A stretch of 64,000 nt of DNA from a candidate division WOR-3 bacterium. Its GTDB lineage: Bacteria; Hydrothermota; UBA3073. A model generated the notes under the pieces. That model was not told the origin of the DNA, did no database searches, and worked only from the letters and a program-made list of their open reading frames with translations. Shown in pieces: positions 9,239-19,064 of this stretch (the stretch's first letter is position 1; each line of letters begins with the position of its first letter). Both the position numbers and the translations under genes were made by a program. Location: contig JAGMCL010000111.1 of NCBI GenBank assembly GCA_023129165.1, positions 201-64,200 of the forward strand, given 5' to 3'.

Positions 9239-10102
9239 ATGAGGAATGCACTAATTCTCTTATGTTTGGCTTATTTTGTTGTTCCTGCGGTTGCCGAGAA
9301 TCTTATTATAAATCCAGGATTTGATGAAACTCCATGGGATACTGGATGGTCCTGGAAAGGATGGTCGGAAGAAGGAATTAGTATTGCAATACCAGATACG
9401 GAAAGATACTACACATCACCTCGAAGTTGCATGTTGCGAGCTATGACAAGTTGGCGCGGTGCGTATATAGACCTTTTCCAGGAGATACAACCTGCAGTAT
9501 CTTGTACTTGTAGAGTTTATTTTCAAAATAGAAGCTATAACAGCATGTATGCATGCACAGAATATCGTATTTATGTAAAGGTAAATAATGATTATCAGAC
9601 AGAATGGGTTTGCGAAGGAGATAATCCTGTTTGGACAAAGTGGGAAAAAATATATACTTCTTCCGACACTATAAGTAGTATCGAGTTTGGCATCATTGCT
9701 GGGAGTGGGCTGCATGGCTTTACAGCAGACGGAAACTTCTGGATTGATGATGTTTATATATCAGGTATAGTTGTAGGAATCGAGGAGGATATAAGTAATA
9801 ACAATGACTTTTTAGAAGTGTATCCAAACCCTTTCAGGGAGAGAACAGTTATCAGTTTGGAGTGCATCAACCGTGTTGATGCTGCTGTGACATGGTCACA
9901 GCACTCCATAAATATCTACGACCTTACTGGTCGTCTCATCCGCACTATTCCTCTTCCCTCATCTCCCTTCACTCCTCTCAAAGTTGTCTGGGATGGTAAA
10001 GATAGACAGGGGAATGAAGTACTATCAGGAGTATATTTTATACGACTTGAAATAACCAGTGGGACAATCAGTTATCCAACCAAAAAGCTTGTAAAATTTT
10101 AA
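9239..10102 (+). CDS. secreted T9SS cargo protein, function unknown
   Basis: Signal peptide and CTD. The CTD segment LECINRVDAAVTWSQHSINIYDLTGRLIRTIPL is nearly identical at nucleotide level to 6100-6200. Confidence 0.6.
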   Translation: MRNALILLCLAYFVVPAVAENLIINPGFDETPWDTGWSWKGWSEEGISIAIPDTERYYTSPRSCMLRAMTSWRGAYIDLFQEIQPAVSCTCRVYFQNRSYNSMYACTEYRIYVKVNNDYQTEWVCEGDNPVWTKWEKIYTSSDTISSIEFGIIAGSGLHGFTADGNFWIDDVYISGIVVGIEEDISNNNDFLEVYPNPFRERTVISLECINRVDAAVTWSQHSINIYDLTGRLIRTIPLPSSPFTPLKVVWDGKDRQGNEVLSGVYFIRLEITSGTISYPTKKLVKF

Positions 10103-10117
10103 AATGTAAATACTAAA

Positions 10118-11386
10118 ATGCGTGAAAGATTAAATATCTTATTAGTGATAGTGTTTACACTATTAATTATAGAGTGCCTACAAGCTCAAGTTATTGCTAT
10201 AGATACTATCCAACTGGGTGCTGGAAATAATCCCTGTGATATTTCAGTTAATCCATATATAAAACGCATTTATGTATCATGCAAGGATAACAATATGGTC
10301 TTTGTTATTGATGAAACAAGCAATTCAGTTATCGATACTATATTGCTTAATCAACCTCGTGATATCTCAATTAATTCTAAAACTAATCGAATCTACATAA
10401 CACAAATTGGCAAAATTTCTATAATAGATGGTTTTACTAATTCTGTCATGGATTCAGTGACAATTGAAGACTATGCCGTTAATGTTTGTGTTAACCCCTT
10501 AACTAATCGAATTTATGTAACAGCGTGGAAGCGATATGCTATTGATCAAAACAGGGTTTACGTAATTGATGGCATAACTGATTCAATAACAACCACAATA
10601 CCTGTTGGTGAATACCCTGATGGTATTTCTATTAATTTAAAGCTCAACTATATTTATATAGCTAATTGGTATGGCAGCAGTGTCTATACAATTGCTGGGA
10701 CAAGTGATTCGATTATTGCTGCATTAGCAGTTGCCCAATGGCCTTATGGTATTTGTGTTAATCCAAAAACAAATTACGTTTATGTAGCCCATTATTATCA
10801 TTCTGTTTGGTACAATTCTAACCTTGTATCTGTAATAGATGAAACTAATAATTCAGTTTTAGCTACAGTAATTACTGGAACGAGTCCACGTTCTGTTTGC
10901 GTAAATCCAGAAAATAATCGGGTATATGTAGCGAATGAAGTCAGTAATGATGTTTACGTGATTGATGGAACAAGTTTTTCAGTAGCAGATATAATTCCTG
11001 TTGGCGTAAAACCTTATAGCATAGACGTTAATCCAACAAATAACAGAATTTATGTTACATGTTATGAAGATGAAGCGATATATGTACTTGAGGATTTAGT
11101 AGGAATAGAGGAACCCAGCTTTATACCTGAATCCTTTTCTCTTACTTTATTAGAAAATCCTGTGAAAGAGAAGGCAATTTTTCATTTGAATCTTTCAGAA
11201 GATGTTATAGTTACTTTACGAATATATGATATAATGGGTCGTTTGGTTGATTTGCTGCTTAATGAAAGGAAGGCTGCTGGTTTTTATGAAATATCATGGA
11301 TACCAGAGGTGAGTGCAGGCGTCTATTTCTATGTTCTGGAAACAGCACAAACAAAAAAATCAGGTAAGATAGTTTTGATAAAATAG
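10118..11386 (+). CDS. YVTN-family beta-propeller repeat protein with T9SS CTD
   Basis: Repeated NRIYVT / NYVYVA / NRVYVA blocks about 40 aa apart, a signal peptide, and the CTD RIYDIMGRLV ... GVYFYVL. Confidence 0.7.
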   Translation: MRERLNILLVIVFTLLIIECLQAQVIAIDTIQLGAGNNPCDISVNPYIKRIYVSCKDNNMVFVIDETSNSVIDTILLNQPRDISINSKTNRIYITQIGKISIIDGFTNSVMDSVTIEDYAVNVCVNPLTNRIYVTAWKRYAIDQNRVYVIDGITDSITTTIPVGEYPDGISINLKLNYIYIANWYGSSVYTIAGTSDSIIAALAVAQWPYGICVNPKTNYVYVAHYYHSVWYNSNLVSVIDETNNSVLATVITGTSPRSVCVNPENNRVYVANEVSNDVYVIDGTSFSVADIIPVGVKPYSIDVNPTNNRIYVTCYEDEAIYVLEDLVGIEEPSFIPESFSLTLLENPVKEKAIFHLNLSEDVIVTLRIYDIMGRLVDLLLNERKAAGFYEISWIPEVSAGVYFYVLETAQTKKSGKIVLIK

Positions 11387-11578
11387 TATCACTTGTTCAT
11401 ATGGAGAATTCCCTAATTTTTTAAAGTTGTTCTTGTAGAGCATTGGTGTATTTAATGTATTATTAAATTTTAGTATTAAAATAGGAGTTGAAGTTATGAG
11501 TTGTAATCTTCTTTTGGTTTTGGATTAAGGCAGAAAATTTCTCTCTTTGATTAAATAAGAGAGATAAAAAGAGGAGAT

Positions 11579-14449
11579 ATGAAATACTTAAAAAACATAA
11601 AATATAGAAAGAGTCTAAATTGTTTGTTGGCAGGCAAAAAAACCTCGTTAGTAATATTTATGATACTTGTTTGTTTATCTGCAAAGGCAAATACTGATAA
11701 CAATATCGACGAGAGATGGAGTGATATTTTGAGACAAGGAGAGTGTAGAACATGGAGTTCAGGGGTAGAAGAAAAGAGGAGACGATTGAGAGGAGATATA
11801 CTAGAAATGAATGGGGAAGCCATTCCTATTCGAATGCCAAAGGGAGAAATTGTAACTGAAACTCAACTGGAAGTAATAAAAGATGTAATTAAAAATGACT
11901 TTCTTGTCAATGATGATACTACTTTTGGATGTTATCAATATACTCCTTCAGTAGGGATGAATGGTTCAGGTTGCTTTGTAATCTGCTGGCAGGATGGACG
12001 TAATAGCAACAGGGACATCTACACGCAGATATATGATGCTGGAGGGACTCCTCAGGGGTCTAACTTCAGGGTGAATGATGATGCAGGGACAAGTGAAAAA
12101 TGGTACCCTTCAGTAGCGATGGATGGTTCAGGCGGCTTTATAATCTGCTGGGAGGATGGACGTAATGGTGACTGGGATATCTATGCACAAATGTATAATG
12201 CCAGTGGGGCTCCACAAGGTCCTAACTTCAGGGTGAATGATGATGTAGGGTCAAGTAGTCAATGGTATCCTTCAGTAGCGATGAATGGGTATAGCAGCTT
12301 TGTAATCTGCTGGCAGGATGGACGTAATGGCGACAAGGACATCTACGCGCAGATGTATGATGTTAGTGGAAGTCCACAGGAATTTAACTTCAGGGTGGAT
12401 GATGATACAGGGTCAAGTTATCAACGCTGGCCTTCAGTAGCGATGGATGGGTCAGGCAGTTTTGTAATCTGCTGGAAGGATGAACGTAATGATTGGGATA
12501 ATCCTGACATCTACGCGCAGATTTATGATGTTAGTGGGACTCCACAGGGTTCTAACTTCAGGGTAGATGATGATACATGGGCAAGCGATCAATATACTCC
12601 TTCAGTAGCGATGGATGGGTCAGGCAGTTTTGTAATCTGCTGGAAGGATGAACGTAATGATTGGGATAATCCTGACATCTACGCGCAGGTGTATGATGCA
12701 AGTGGAACTCCCCAGGGGTCTAACTTCATAGTGAATGATAATACAGGGTCAAGCGGTCAACACAGGCCTTCAGTAGCGATGGATGGGTCAGGCAGTTTTG
12801 TGATCTGCTGGTATGATCGGCGTAATGATGATTATGACATCTACGCGCAGGTGTATGATGCAAGTGGAACTCCCCAGGGGTTTAACTTCATGGTGAATGA
12901 TGATGTAGGGTCAAGTAGTCAATGGTGTCCTTCAGTAGCGATGAATGAGTCAGGCAACTTTGTGATCTGCTGGGAGGATAAGCGTAACGGTGACAGGGAC
13001 ATCTACACACAGAGGTATGATGCTGGAGGGACTCCACAGGGTTCTAACTTCAGGGTGAACGATGATACAGGATCAAGTAGTCAATGGTATCCTTCAGTAG
13101 CGATGAATGGGTATAGCAGCTTTATAATCTGCTGGGAGGATGTACGTTATGGCAACAATGACATCTATGCACAGATGTATGATGCCAGTGGGACTCCACA
13201 GGTATCTAACTTCAGGGTGAATGATGATACATGGATGTATCGAGGGTATCCTTCAATAGCAATTGATAGTTCAGGCAACTTTTTAATCTGTTGGCAGGAT
13301 CTGCGTAATAGCTGGGATTATCCCGATCCTGACATCTACGCGCAGATGTATGATGCTGGAGGGACTCCACAGGGTTCTAACTTCAGGGTGAATGATGATA
13401 CAGGGGAATGTAGGCAAAAGTATCCTTCAGTAGCGATGGATAGGTCTGGCAGCTTTGTAATCTGCTGGTATGATCGACGTAGTTACGAGAAGGACATCTA
13501 CGCGCAGATGTATAATGCGAGTGGGACTCCTCAGGGGTCTAACTTCAGAGTGAATGATGATGTAGTGTCAAGAGATCAATGGTATCCTTCGGTAGCGATG
13601 GATGGGTCAGGCAGCTTTGTAATCTGTTGGGAGGATAAACGTAATGGCAACTGGGATATCTATGCACAAAGGTATGATACTAATGGAACTCCACTGGATT
13701 CCAACTTCAGGGTGAATGATGATACAGGTGTAAGTGAACAAGGGTATCCTTCAATAGGGATGGATGGTTCAGGCAGCTCTTTAATCTGTTGGGAAGATGA
13801 ACGTAATGGTGACAATGACATCTATGCACAGATGTATGATGCAAGTGGGAATCCTCAGGGGTCTAACTTCAGGGTGAATGATGATGCAGGTGTAAGTGAA
13901 CAAGGGTATCCTTCAATAGCGATGGATCCATTCGGGAGCAGGTTTGTAGTTGTATGGACAGATTTCAGAAATCCTGACGGTGACCCTGAGATTGTGGCGC
14001 AGAAATACGTGAATGGATCTCCTGTTGGTAACAATGTTCAGATAAATGAGCCTGATTTATTTCTGTATAATCATCAATTGTCAGGAAAATACTCTGTTGA
14101 TTGCAATAATGATATAGTTGTATTTACGTGGATGGACAATCGTAGGCATAAGGGGTGGGACATATATGGCAAATTGACCGATTGGGAACTTGTGGGGATA
14201 GAAGAAGATATAATACCTCAGGTTCCAGACCTTAAACTGAGAGTATATCCTAATCCCTTCCGTAGTCGTATTACAATATGTGGAGGAGATAGTAAGCTGG
14301 AAATCTATGACCTCTGTGGGAGATTGATAATAAAAACAGATAATAACTCCTGGAATGGTACAGACCAAAAGGGTAATGAAGTACAATCAGGTATTTATTT
14401 TATAAAGTCTAAAGGTTATGAACCTATGAAAGTAGTGAAGACAAAGTGA
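11579..14449 (+). CDS. T9SS cargo protein built from about 17 tandem repeats of roughly 46 aa
   Basis: Repeat consensus GTPQGSNFRVNDDTGSSSQWYPSVAMDGSGSFVICWEDGRNGDxDIYAQMYDAS. The array spans 11900-13950 with a DNA period of 138-144 bp. C-terminal CTD is VYPNPF ... EIYDLCGRLI ... GIYFIK. Confidence 0.7.
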   Translation: MKYLKNIKYRKSLNCLLAGKKTSLVIFMILVCLSAKANTDNNIDERWSDILRQGECRTWSSGVEEKRRRLRGDILEMNGEAIPIRMPKGEIVTETQLEVIKDVIKNDFLVNDDTTFGCYQYTPSVGMNGSGCFVICWQDGRNSNRDIYTQIYDAGGTPQGSNFRVNDDAGTSEKWYPSVAMDGSGGFIICWEDGRNGDWDIYAQMYNASGAPQGPNFRVNDDVGSSSQWYPSVAMNGYSSFVICWQDGRNGDKDIYAQMYDVSGSPQEFNFRVDDDTGSSYQRWPSVAMDGSGSFVICWKDERNDWDNPDIYAQIYDVSGTPQGSNFRVDDDTWASDQYTPSVAMDGSGSFVICWKDERNDWDNPDIYAQVYDASGTPQGSNFIVNDNTGSSGQHRPSVAMDGSGSFVICWYDRRNDDYDIYAQVYDASGTPQGFNFMVNDDVGSSSQWCPSVAMNESGNFVICWEDKRNGDRDIYTQRYDAGGTPQGSNFRVNDDTGSSSQWYPSVAMNGYSSFIICWEDVRYGNNDIYAQMYDASGTPQVSNFRVNDDTWMYRGYPSIAIDSSGNFLICWQDLRNSWDYPDPDIYAQMYDAGGTPQGSNFRVNDDTGECRQKYPSVAMDRSGSFVICWYDRRSYEKDIYAQMYNASGTPQGSNFRVNDDVVSRDQWYPSVAMDGSGSFVICWEDKRNGNWDIYAQRYDTNGTPLDSNFRVNDDTGVSEQGYPSIGMDGSGSSLICWEDERNGDNDIYAQMYDASGNPQGSNFRVNDDAGVSEQGYPSIAMDPFGSRFVVVWTDFRNPDGDPEIVAQKYVNGSPVGNNVQINEPDLFLYNHQLSGKYSVDCNNDIVVFTWMDNRRHKGWDIYGKLTDWELVGIEEDIIPQVPDLKLRVYPNPFRSRITICGGDSKLEIYDLCGRLIIKTDNNSWNGTDQKGNEVQSGIYFIKSKGYEPMKVVKTK

Positions 14450-14472
14450 TTGGAAAGTAAGAAGGAAACAAT

Positions 14473-15524
14473 GGGGTTAAATCTCGAAACTTGACAAATA
14501 ATCAATTCTCGTTATAATAATATTATGGCAAGACCATTAAGAATAGAATATCCGGGTGCCTTTTACCACGTGACCTGCCGTGGCAATGGACGTGCAAATA
14601 TCTTTTTTAATGATGGAGATCGACAGAGGTTTCTTATGATGCTTGAAGAGTCAATAAAAATCTATCGGGTTATTCTCAATGCTTATATCTTGATGGATAA
14701 TCACTTTCATCTGTTGGTGCAGACCGAGCGTGCTAATCTATCAGAGTTCATGCGTCGTTTTAATGTTTCTTATACTGGTTGGTTCAATTATCGGCATGAT
14801 CGTTGTGGCCATCTCTATCAGGGAAGATACAAGGCTTTCTTGATAGATGTAGATAGTTACTTACTTGAGGTTTCCCGTTACCTTCACTTAAATAGTGTCC
14901 GGGCAAGAAGCTTACATTCCTTGGATTATCAAAGGCAGTGGCAGTATGCAAAGAAATATAAATGGAGTAGTTTGCCTGGGTATATTAGTAAAAAGCGGGT
15001 TGCTGATTTCATTAAATACGACATGATTCTTGAGATGGTTGGTGGTCGGCGTAGGTATCAATCATTTATATTGGATGGATTAAAGCATGACATTGATAAT
15101 CCTTTTGAGGAGGCGCAGAATCAGGTGATATTGGGTGGTGATGAATTTATCGCTCGTATTAAGAGTGAATATACAGATGGTTCGTTACGTGAACAGCCAT
15201 CATATCGTGATTTAATGGTGGAGATCGTAGAACCAGAGTTGGTAATGAAATGTGCTACTGAGACATTGGGTATTGAGCGAGGGGATTTACAGAAACGTTA
15301 TGTTAATAGTGATGCTCGTGGTATTGTGAGTGATTTGTTGTATAGATATAGTGCTTTGACCCAGGTTGAGATAGGGAAGTTATTAGGAGGCATTGACTAT
15401 ACAGGGGTTAGCAAGTTGCGAGTTCGTTTGAGGCGGAGGATGTCATATGACAAGCGGGTTAGTGCGAGTTATGAGAAAACCGAGGCAAAGCTTAAGGAAT
15501 TGTCAAGTTTCGAGATTTGACCCC
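14473..15524 (+). mobile_element. compact RAYT-type Y1 HUH unit bounded by 25-bp imperfect inverted repeats
   Basis: GGGGTTAAATCTCGAAACTTGACAA at 14473-14497 and its reverse complement, with one mismatch, at 15500-15524. The left repeat contains the -35 TTGACA of a TTGACA-16-TATAAT promoter (-10 at 14513-14518). Confidence 0.55.
14525..15520 (+). CDS. REP-associated tyrosine transposase-like protein (IS200-like Y1 HUH family) with a C-terminal helical extension
   Basis: HUH motif NHFHLLVQ, catalytic-Tyr region GHLYQGRYKAF, and N-terminal YHVTCRGN, as in COG1943 proteins. A single ORF with no tnpB. Confidence 0.7.
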   Translation: MARPLRIEYPGAFYHVTCRGNGRANIFFNDGDRQRFLMMLEESIKIYRVILNAYILMDNHFHLLVQTERANLSEFMRRFNVSYTGWFNYRHDRCGHLYQGRYKAFLIDVDSYLLEVSRYLHLNSVRARSLHSLDYQRQWQYAKKYKWSSLPGYISKKRVADFIKYDMILEMVGGRRRYQSFILDGLKHDIDNPFEEAQNQVILGGDEFIARIKSEYTDGSLREQPSYRDLMVEIVEPELVMKCATETLGIERGDLQKRYVNSDARGIVSDLLYRYSALTQVEIGKLLGGIDYTGVSKLRVRLRRRMSYDKRVSASYEKTEAKLKELSSFEI

Positions 15525-15548
15525 ATTACCTACTCAAATTGATTTCAT

Positions 15549-15700
15549 GTCCTGCCTGACGGTAGGTAGGCAAGAGATTACTTGACGCCTTTCCTGCCTG
15601 TCGGCCAGACAGGTAATTATTATCACAGCATATACGCTGCGGGCTTCGCCCTTGACCTTCGGGACATGCTCCCTTCGGTCACAGGTCGTATATCATGGAA
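15549..15700. repeat. cluster of REP-like GC-rich palindromes
   Basis: CCTGCCTGACGGTAGGTAGGCAAG, CCTGCCTGTCGGCCAGACAGG, and CCTTCGG direct repeats. Confidence 0.6.
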
Positions 15701-15752
15701 CCGTTAGGCGAAATTATTCTTGGAAAAGCAACAATGTTAAGGAGGTAAAGAA

Positions 15753-16262
15753 ATGATGAGAAGTATAAGACATGTAAAAATCCCGTTATTTCTAATATCG
15801 AGTTTCCTTTGTTTAATGTTTTTGTTTTCTGGTTGTTCATCTGAATCTGAAAAAGATACTGCTAAACCACCTAACTATACGGACAAGATAGAGATTGAAG
15901 TGATACTGGAACCTTCAAGTAATCTTGAAGATCTGCATCAAAATGATATTATTTACACAATCACAAATTATGGAGACAAGACTATCACAGAGCTTTCCTG
16001 CGAGGTTGTATTCTATAATCGAGACGATACGGAAGTAGGAAGAATGCCTTGGTTGTTTCTCACAGTTGACAAGAAGTGGGAAGGTTTAGCCGTTGAAAGT
16101 CAGAAGGCAGTATATCGTTCTCTTCCTCCTGGCAAAACAATGAGCGCTGGTTATCCTTATCCTGCCTTCTTTGTCGGTCAGCCAGAACTCAGAAGTAAAG
16201 TAAAAGCTAACTGGGACAATCTGACAGTAAAACCAATTATAAAAAAGGTAATTGTAAAATAG
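15753..16262 (+). CDS. lipoprotein, function unknown
   Basis: Signal peptide with lipobox FSGCSS. Confidence 0.45.
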   Translation: MMRSIRHVKIPLFLISSFLCLMFLFSGCSSESEKDTAKPPNYTDKIEIEVILEPSSNLEDLHQNDIIYTITNYGDKTITELSCEVVFYNRDDTEVGRMPWLFLTVDKKWEGLAVESQKAVYRSLPPGKTMSAGYPYPAFFVGQPELRSKVKANWDNLTVKPIIKKVIVK

Positions 16263-16461
16263 TTGCTTATTTATGCAATTTCTAAAAGCTTAGCTTATCA
16301 GTGGATAAAAGGGAAATCCCTATCTGCTGATAGGCAGGAAAAATATTCCCAACTCCTGACAAGTTAAAACTTGTTTTATCCTCGATATGTTAGGTGAAAT
16401 CGTGACTATTTGGTCTGGAAGTGTTCAACAGAGGTTGTAAAGGATGGATTGCAATTTTTCC

Positions 16462-16490
16462 TTGACAAATCCTTTATAATATGATATAAT
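16462..16490 (+). promoter_or_regulatory. sigma70-like promoter, TTGACA-17-TATAAT
   Basis: Located immediately upstream of the trpS ATG. Confidence 0.5.
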
Positions 16491-16497
16491 TCACGGT

Positions 16498-17481
16498 ATG
16501 AAAAAGAAGATATTTAGTGGTGCACAGCCAACAGGAAGACTTCATATAGGCAACTACATCGGTGCACTCAAGAATTGGGCTCAGTTACAATATGATTACG
16601 ATTGTGTCTTCGGGATAGTCGATTATCACGCCATAAGTGTGCCATTCTCACCGAGTGAGATGAAGCAGAGGGTATTAGATTGTGCAATAGGGTTTCTTGC
16701 ATCTGGTATAGACCCTGAGAAATCCATTATTATGCTTCAATCACTTGTCCCTCAACATACGGAGCTTACCTGGATATTAAACTCAGTTTCACCTGTACAG
16801 GACCTTATGAGAGTCCCTACTTTTAAGGAGAAGTCGGCACAGCATAAGGGAAATATTAATATGGGACTCTTAGATTATCCTGTTCTTATGGCTGCGGATA
16901 TAATCATATACAAAGCGGACTTTGTACCTGTTGGCGATGATCAGGTGCCCCATATAGAACTAACCAGAGAAATAGCAAGAGAATTTAATAAGAGATATGG
17001 TTACACTTTTCCTGAACCAAAAGAAATTTTAGGACCAAGGATACTCGGACTCGATGGACAAGCCAAGATGTCAAAAACACTTGGAAACTGTATATACCTT
17101 GATGAAACACCTGACGAAATCTGGAAGAAGCTTGCACCTGCTCTTACAGACACACGAAGGAAGAGAAGGAATGATCCCGGTGAACCGAAAGACTGTAATA
17201 TTTACAACTGCTACTTAAAGAGATTTTGTGATAAAGAAGAAATCCGCTATATTGAGGAAGGCTGCAGGAAGGCATCTATAGGTTGTCTGGAATGTAAAAA
17301 AATATTATTCAAAAAAATAGTTAAAGAACTTACCCCTGTAAGGGAGAAAATACTGGAACTGAGACAGAATGAGAACTATGTGATGGATATAATATACAAA
17401 GGCTCAAAAAAAGCAAGAATTATTGCAGAGAAAACCCTAACAGAGGTAAAAGAGAAAATTGGTTTTGACTATAAATTATAG
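16498..17481 (+). CDS. trpS: tryptophan--tRNA ligase
   Basis: Class I HIGH-type motif (GRLHIGNY) and KMSKT. Confidence 0.9.
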   Translation: MKKKIFSGAQPTGRLHIGNYIGALKNWAQLQYDYDCVFGIVDYHAISVPFSPSEMKQRVLDCAIGFLASGIDPEKSIIMLQSLVPQHTELTWILNSVSPVQDLMRVPTFKEKSAQHKGNINMGLLDYPVLMAADIIIYKADFVPVGDDQVPHIELTREIAREFNKRYGYTFPEPKEILGPRILGLDGQAKMSKTLGNCIYLDETPDEIWKKLAPALTDTRRKRRNDPGEPKDCNIYNCYLKRFCDKEEIRYIEEGCRKASIGCLECKKILFKKIVKELTPVREKILELRQNENYVMDIIYKGSKKARIIAEKTLTEVKEKIGFDYKL

Positions 17482-17513
17482 AAGGTAATTTATTTATAAA
17501 ATTTACTATCTTT

Positions 17514-18443
17514 ATGAGGAATAGTCGAATATTTCTTATCCTCATTTTATTACTTTTTTTTATATCAATAATCTCTCTTTTTTTAGGTGTCTCCATTCCC
17601 TCTCTTCTTGTTGTTACTAAGATTAGGTTACCCAGACTTGTCCTTGCCATATTTGCCGGTGGTGCACTTGGTATTGTTGGTGCTGCTTTCCAGGGATTAT
17701 TACGCAATCCACTTGCAGACCCATACATAATTGGAGTTTCAGGAGGAGCTACACTGGGTGGGACTATATCTATTCTTTTGGGGATATGGCCCATACAAGC
17801 ATTTGCATTTGCAGGTGCAGTTGTTACTATATTTATTGTTGAGAGACTTGCAACTATATCCGGCAGGATGGAGCGAGAGACATTGCTCCTTTCAGGAGTT
17901 GTATTCGGAACACTAACATCATCTCTTGTAATATTATTTATGACAATAGGCGGTAAGAGTCTTGATGAGATGATTTACCTTATAATGGGTTGGCTGGGTG
18001 TCATCTGGGATAAAAAACTACTTATTGGATTTATTGTATCTGCCTTGATTGTGACTGTTTGCTCTTTTATAATCTGGATGCGTTCTAAGGAATTGAATAT
18101 ACTATCTTCAGGCGAGGAAGAAGCTATCTCTATAGGCGTGGATGTTGAAAGGCTTAAAAGAGAGATATTCATACTTGGTTCGATTATTGTAGGACTTGTT
18201 GTTTCACTTTGTGGCGCAATAGGTTTCATTGGCTTGATTGTTCCACATATAACAAGACTTATTCTGGGGCCTGACCATCGTGTCTTAATTCCTGGTTCAG
18301 CAATATTAGGCGCAGTGCTTCTTGTGCTTTCGGATATGATTGCAAGGGGTATTGCTGTTTATGAGTTACCCGTGAGCGTAATTACGGCACTCTTCGGTGT
18401 CCCCTTTTTCCTTTATCTCTTGAGAAGAAAAAATGTTAATTAG
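17514..18443 (+). CDS. FecCD-family ABC transporter permease (iron/cobalamin type)
   Basis: Motif LLRNPLADPYIIGVSGGA and about 9 TM helices. No adjacent ATPase or binding protein. Confidence 0.7.
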   Translation: MRNSRIFLILILLLFFISIISLFLGVSIPSLLVVTKIRLPRLVLAIFAGGALGIVGAAFQGLLRNPLADPYIIGVSGGATLGGTISILLGIWPIQAFAFAGAVVTIFIVERLATISGRMERETLLLSGVVFGTLTSSLVILFMTIGGKSLDEMIYLIMGWLGVIWDKKLLIGFIVSALIVTVCSFIIWMRSKELNILSSGEEEAISIGVDVERLKREIFILGSIIVGLVVSLCGAIGFIGLIVPHITRLILGPDHRVLIPGSAILGAVLLVLSDMIARGIAVYELPVSVITALFGVPFFLYLLRRKNVN

Positions 18444-19064
18444 TTAATTGGTTGATTAGTTGAATAGTTGAATGTTACATATGAAATGTTTGATGTGATG
18501 GTAGGAGCGACTTCCTAGTCGCGATAGAGGGAAGAGCGTCCCAGTGGAATAGTTGACACATTCCACAGGATAAATAGGGCGTAATGCGAAGAGCGTAGGG
18601 AGTAGGGCGATTGATGATTGACGAATGACGATTGAAGATTAGGGACATGTTAAAGGGTAAAAGGCAAATGGCAAATGTAATTAATTGTGGATTTCGGATT
18701 GCGAATTAGGGAAATGTTAAATATTTAATAGGATAAGAGTTAATTAGTTGAATATTAGATGTTACATGTTGAATGTTTAATGTTGAATGGGAAATTGACG
18801 ATTGGCGATTGAAGATTACGAATTTATAATTTCCATTTGAAAATTGGCTTGATCCTTTAACCATATTACTTTTTTACCTTTACCTTTTACTTTTTACTTT
18901 TACCTTTTTACTTATCTAATGACTCAATGACCCTAAGACTCTATTTATAAACCCAATGAACCCAATAAACTAAACAAACCAGACAAACTAAATAAACTAA
19001 ACAAACCAAATAAACTCAATAAACTCAACAAACCGTGTAAACTCAATAAACTAATTTTACTTTT
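18444..19064. repeat. 600-bp low-complexity word-repeat spacer
   Basis: Runs of ttgaatgtt, gattgaagatta, ttttacctttt and aaataaactaaacaaacc-type 9-mers. GTAGGAGCGACTTCCTAGTCGCGATA at 18507-18532 recurs at 20229-20254. Confidence 0.6.

Noticed and set aside
14525-15520. Classical IS200/IS605 insertion sequence
   Set aside because: The protein is 331 aa with a C-terminal extension and no tnpB. It is flanked by 25-bp inverted repeats plus REP-like palindromes, not the subterminal hairpins of IS200. Called RAYT-like instead.
16263-16497. T-box leader upstream of trpS
   Set aside because: No T-box consensus (AATTAGGGTGGNACCGCG) or specifier or antiterminator structure was seen. Only a short palindrome and a promoter.
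18540-18700. Possible oriC next to gyrB (DnaA boxes)
   Set aside because: Only weak 7/9 matches to TTATCCACA (for example TGTGGATTT). There is no cluster of boxes and no dnaA or dnaN in the window.
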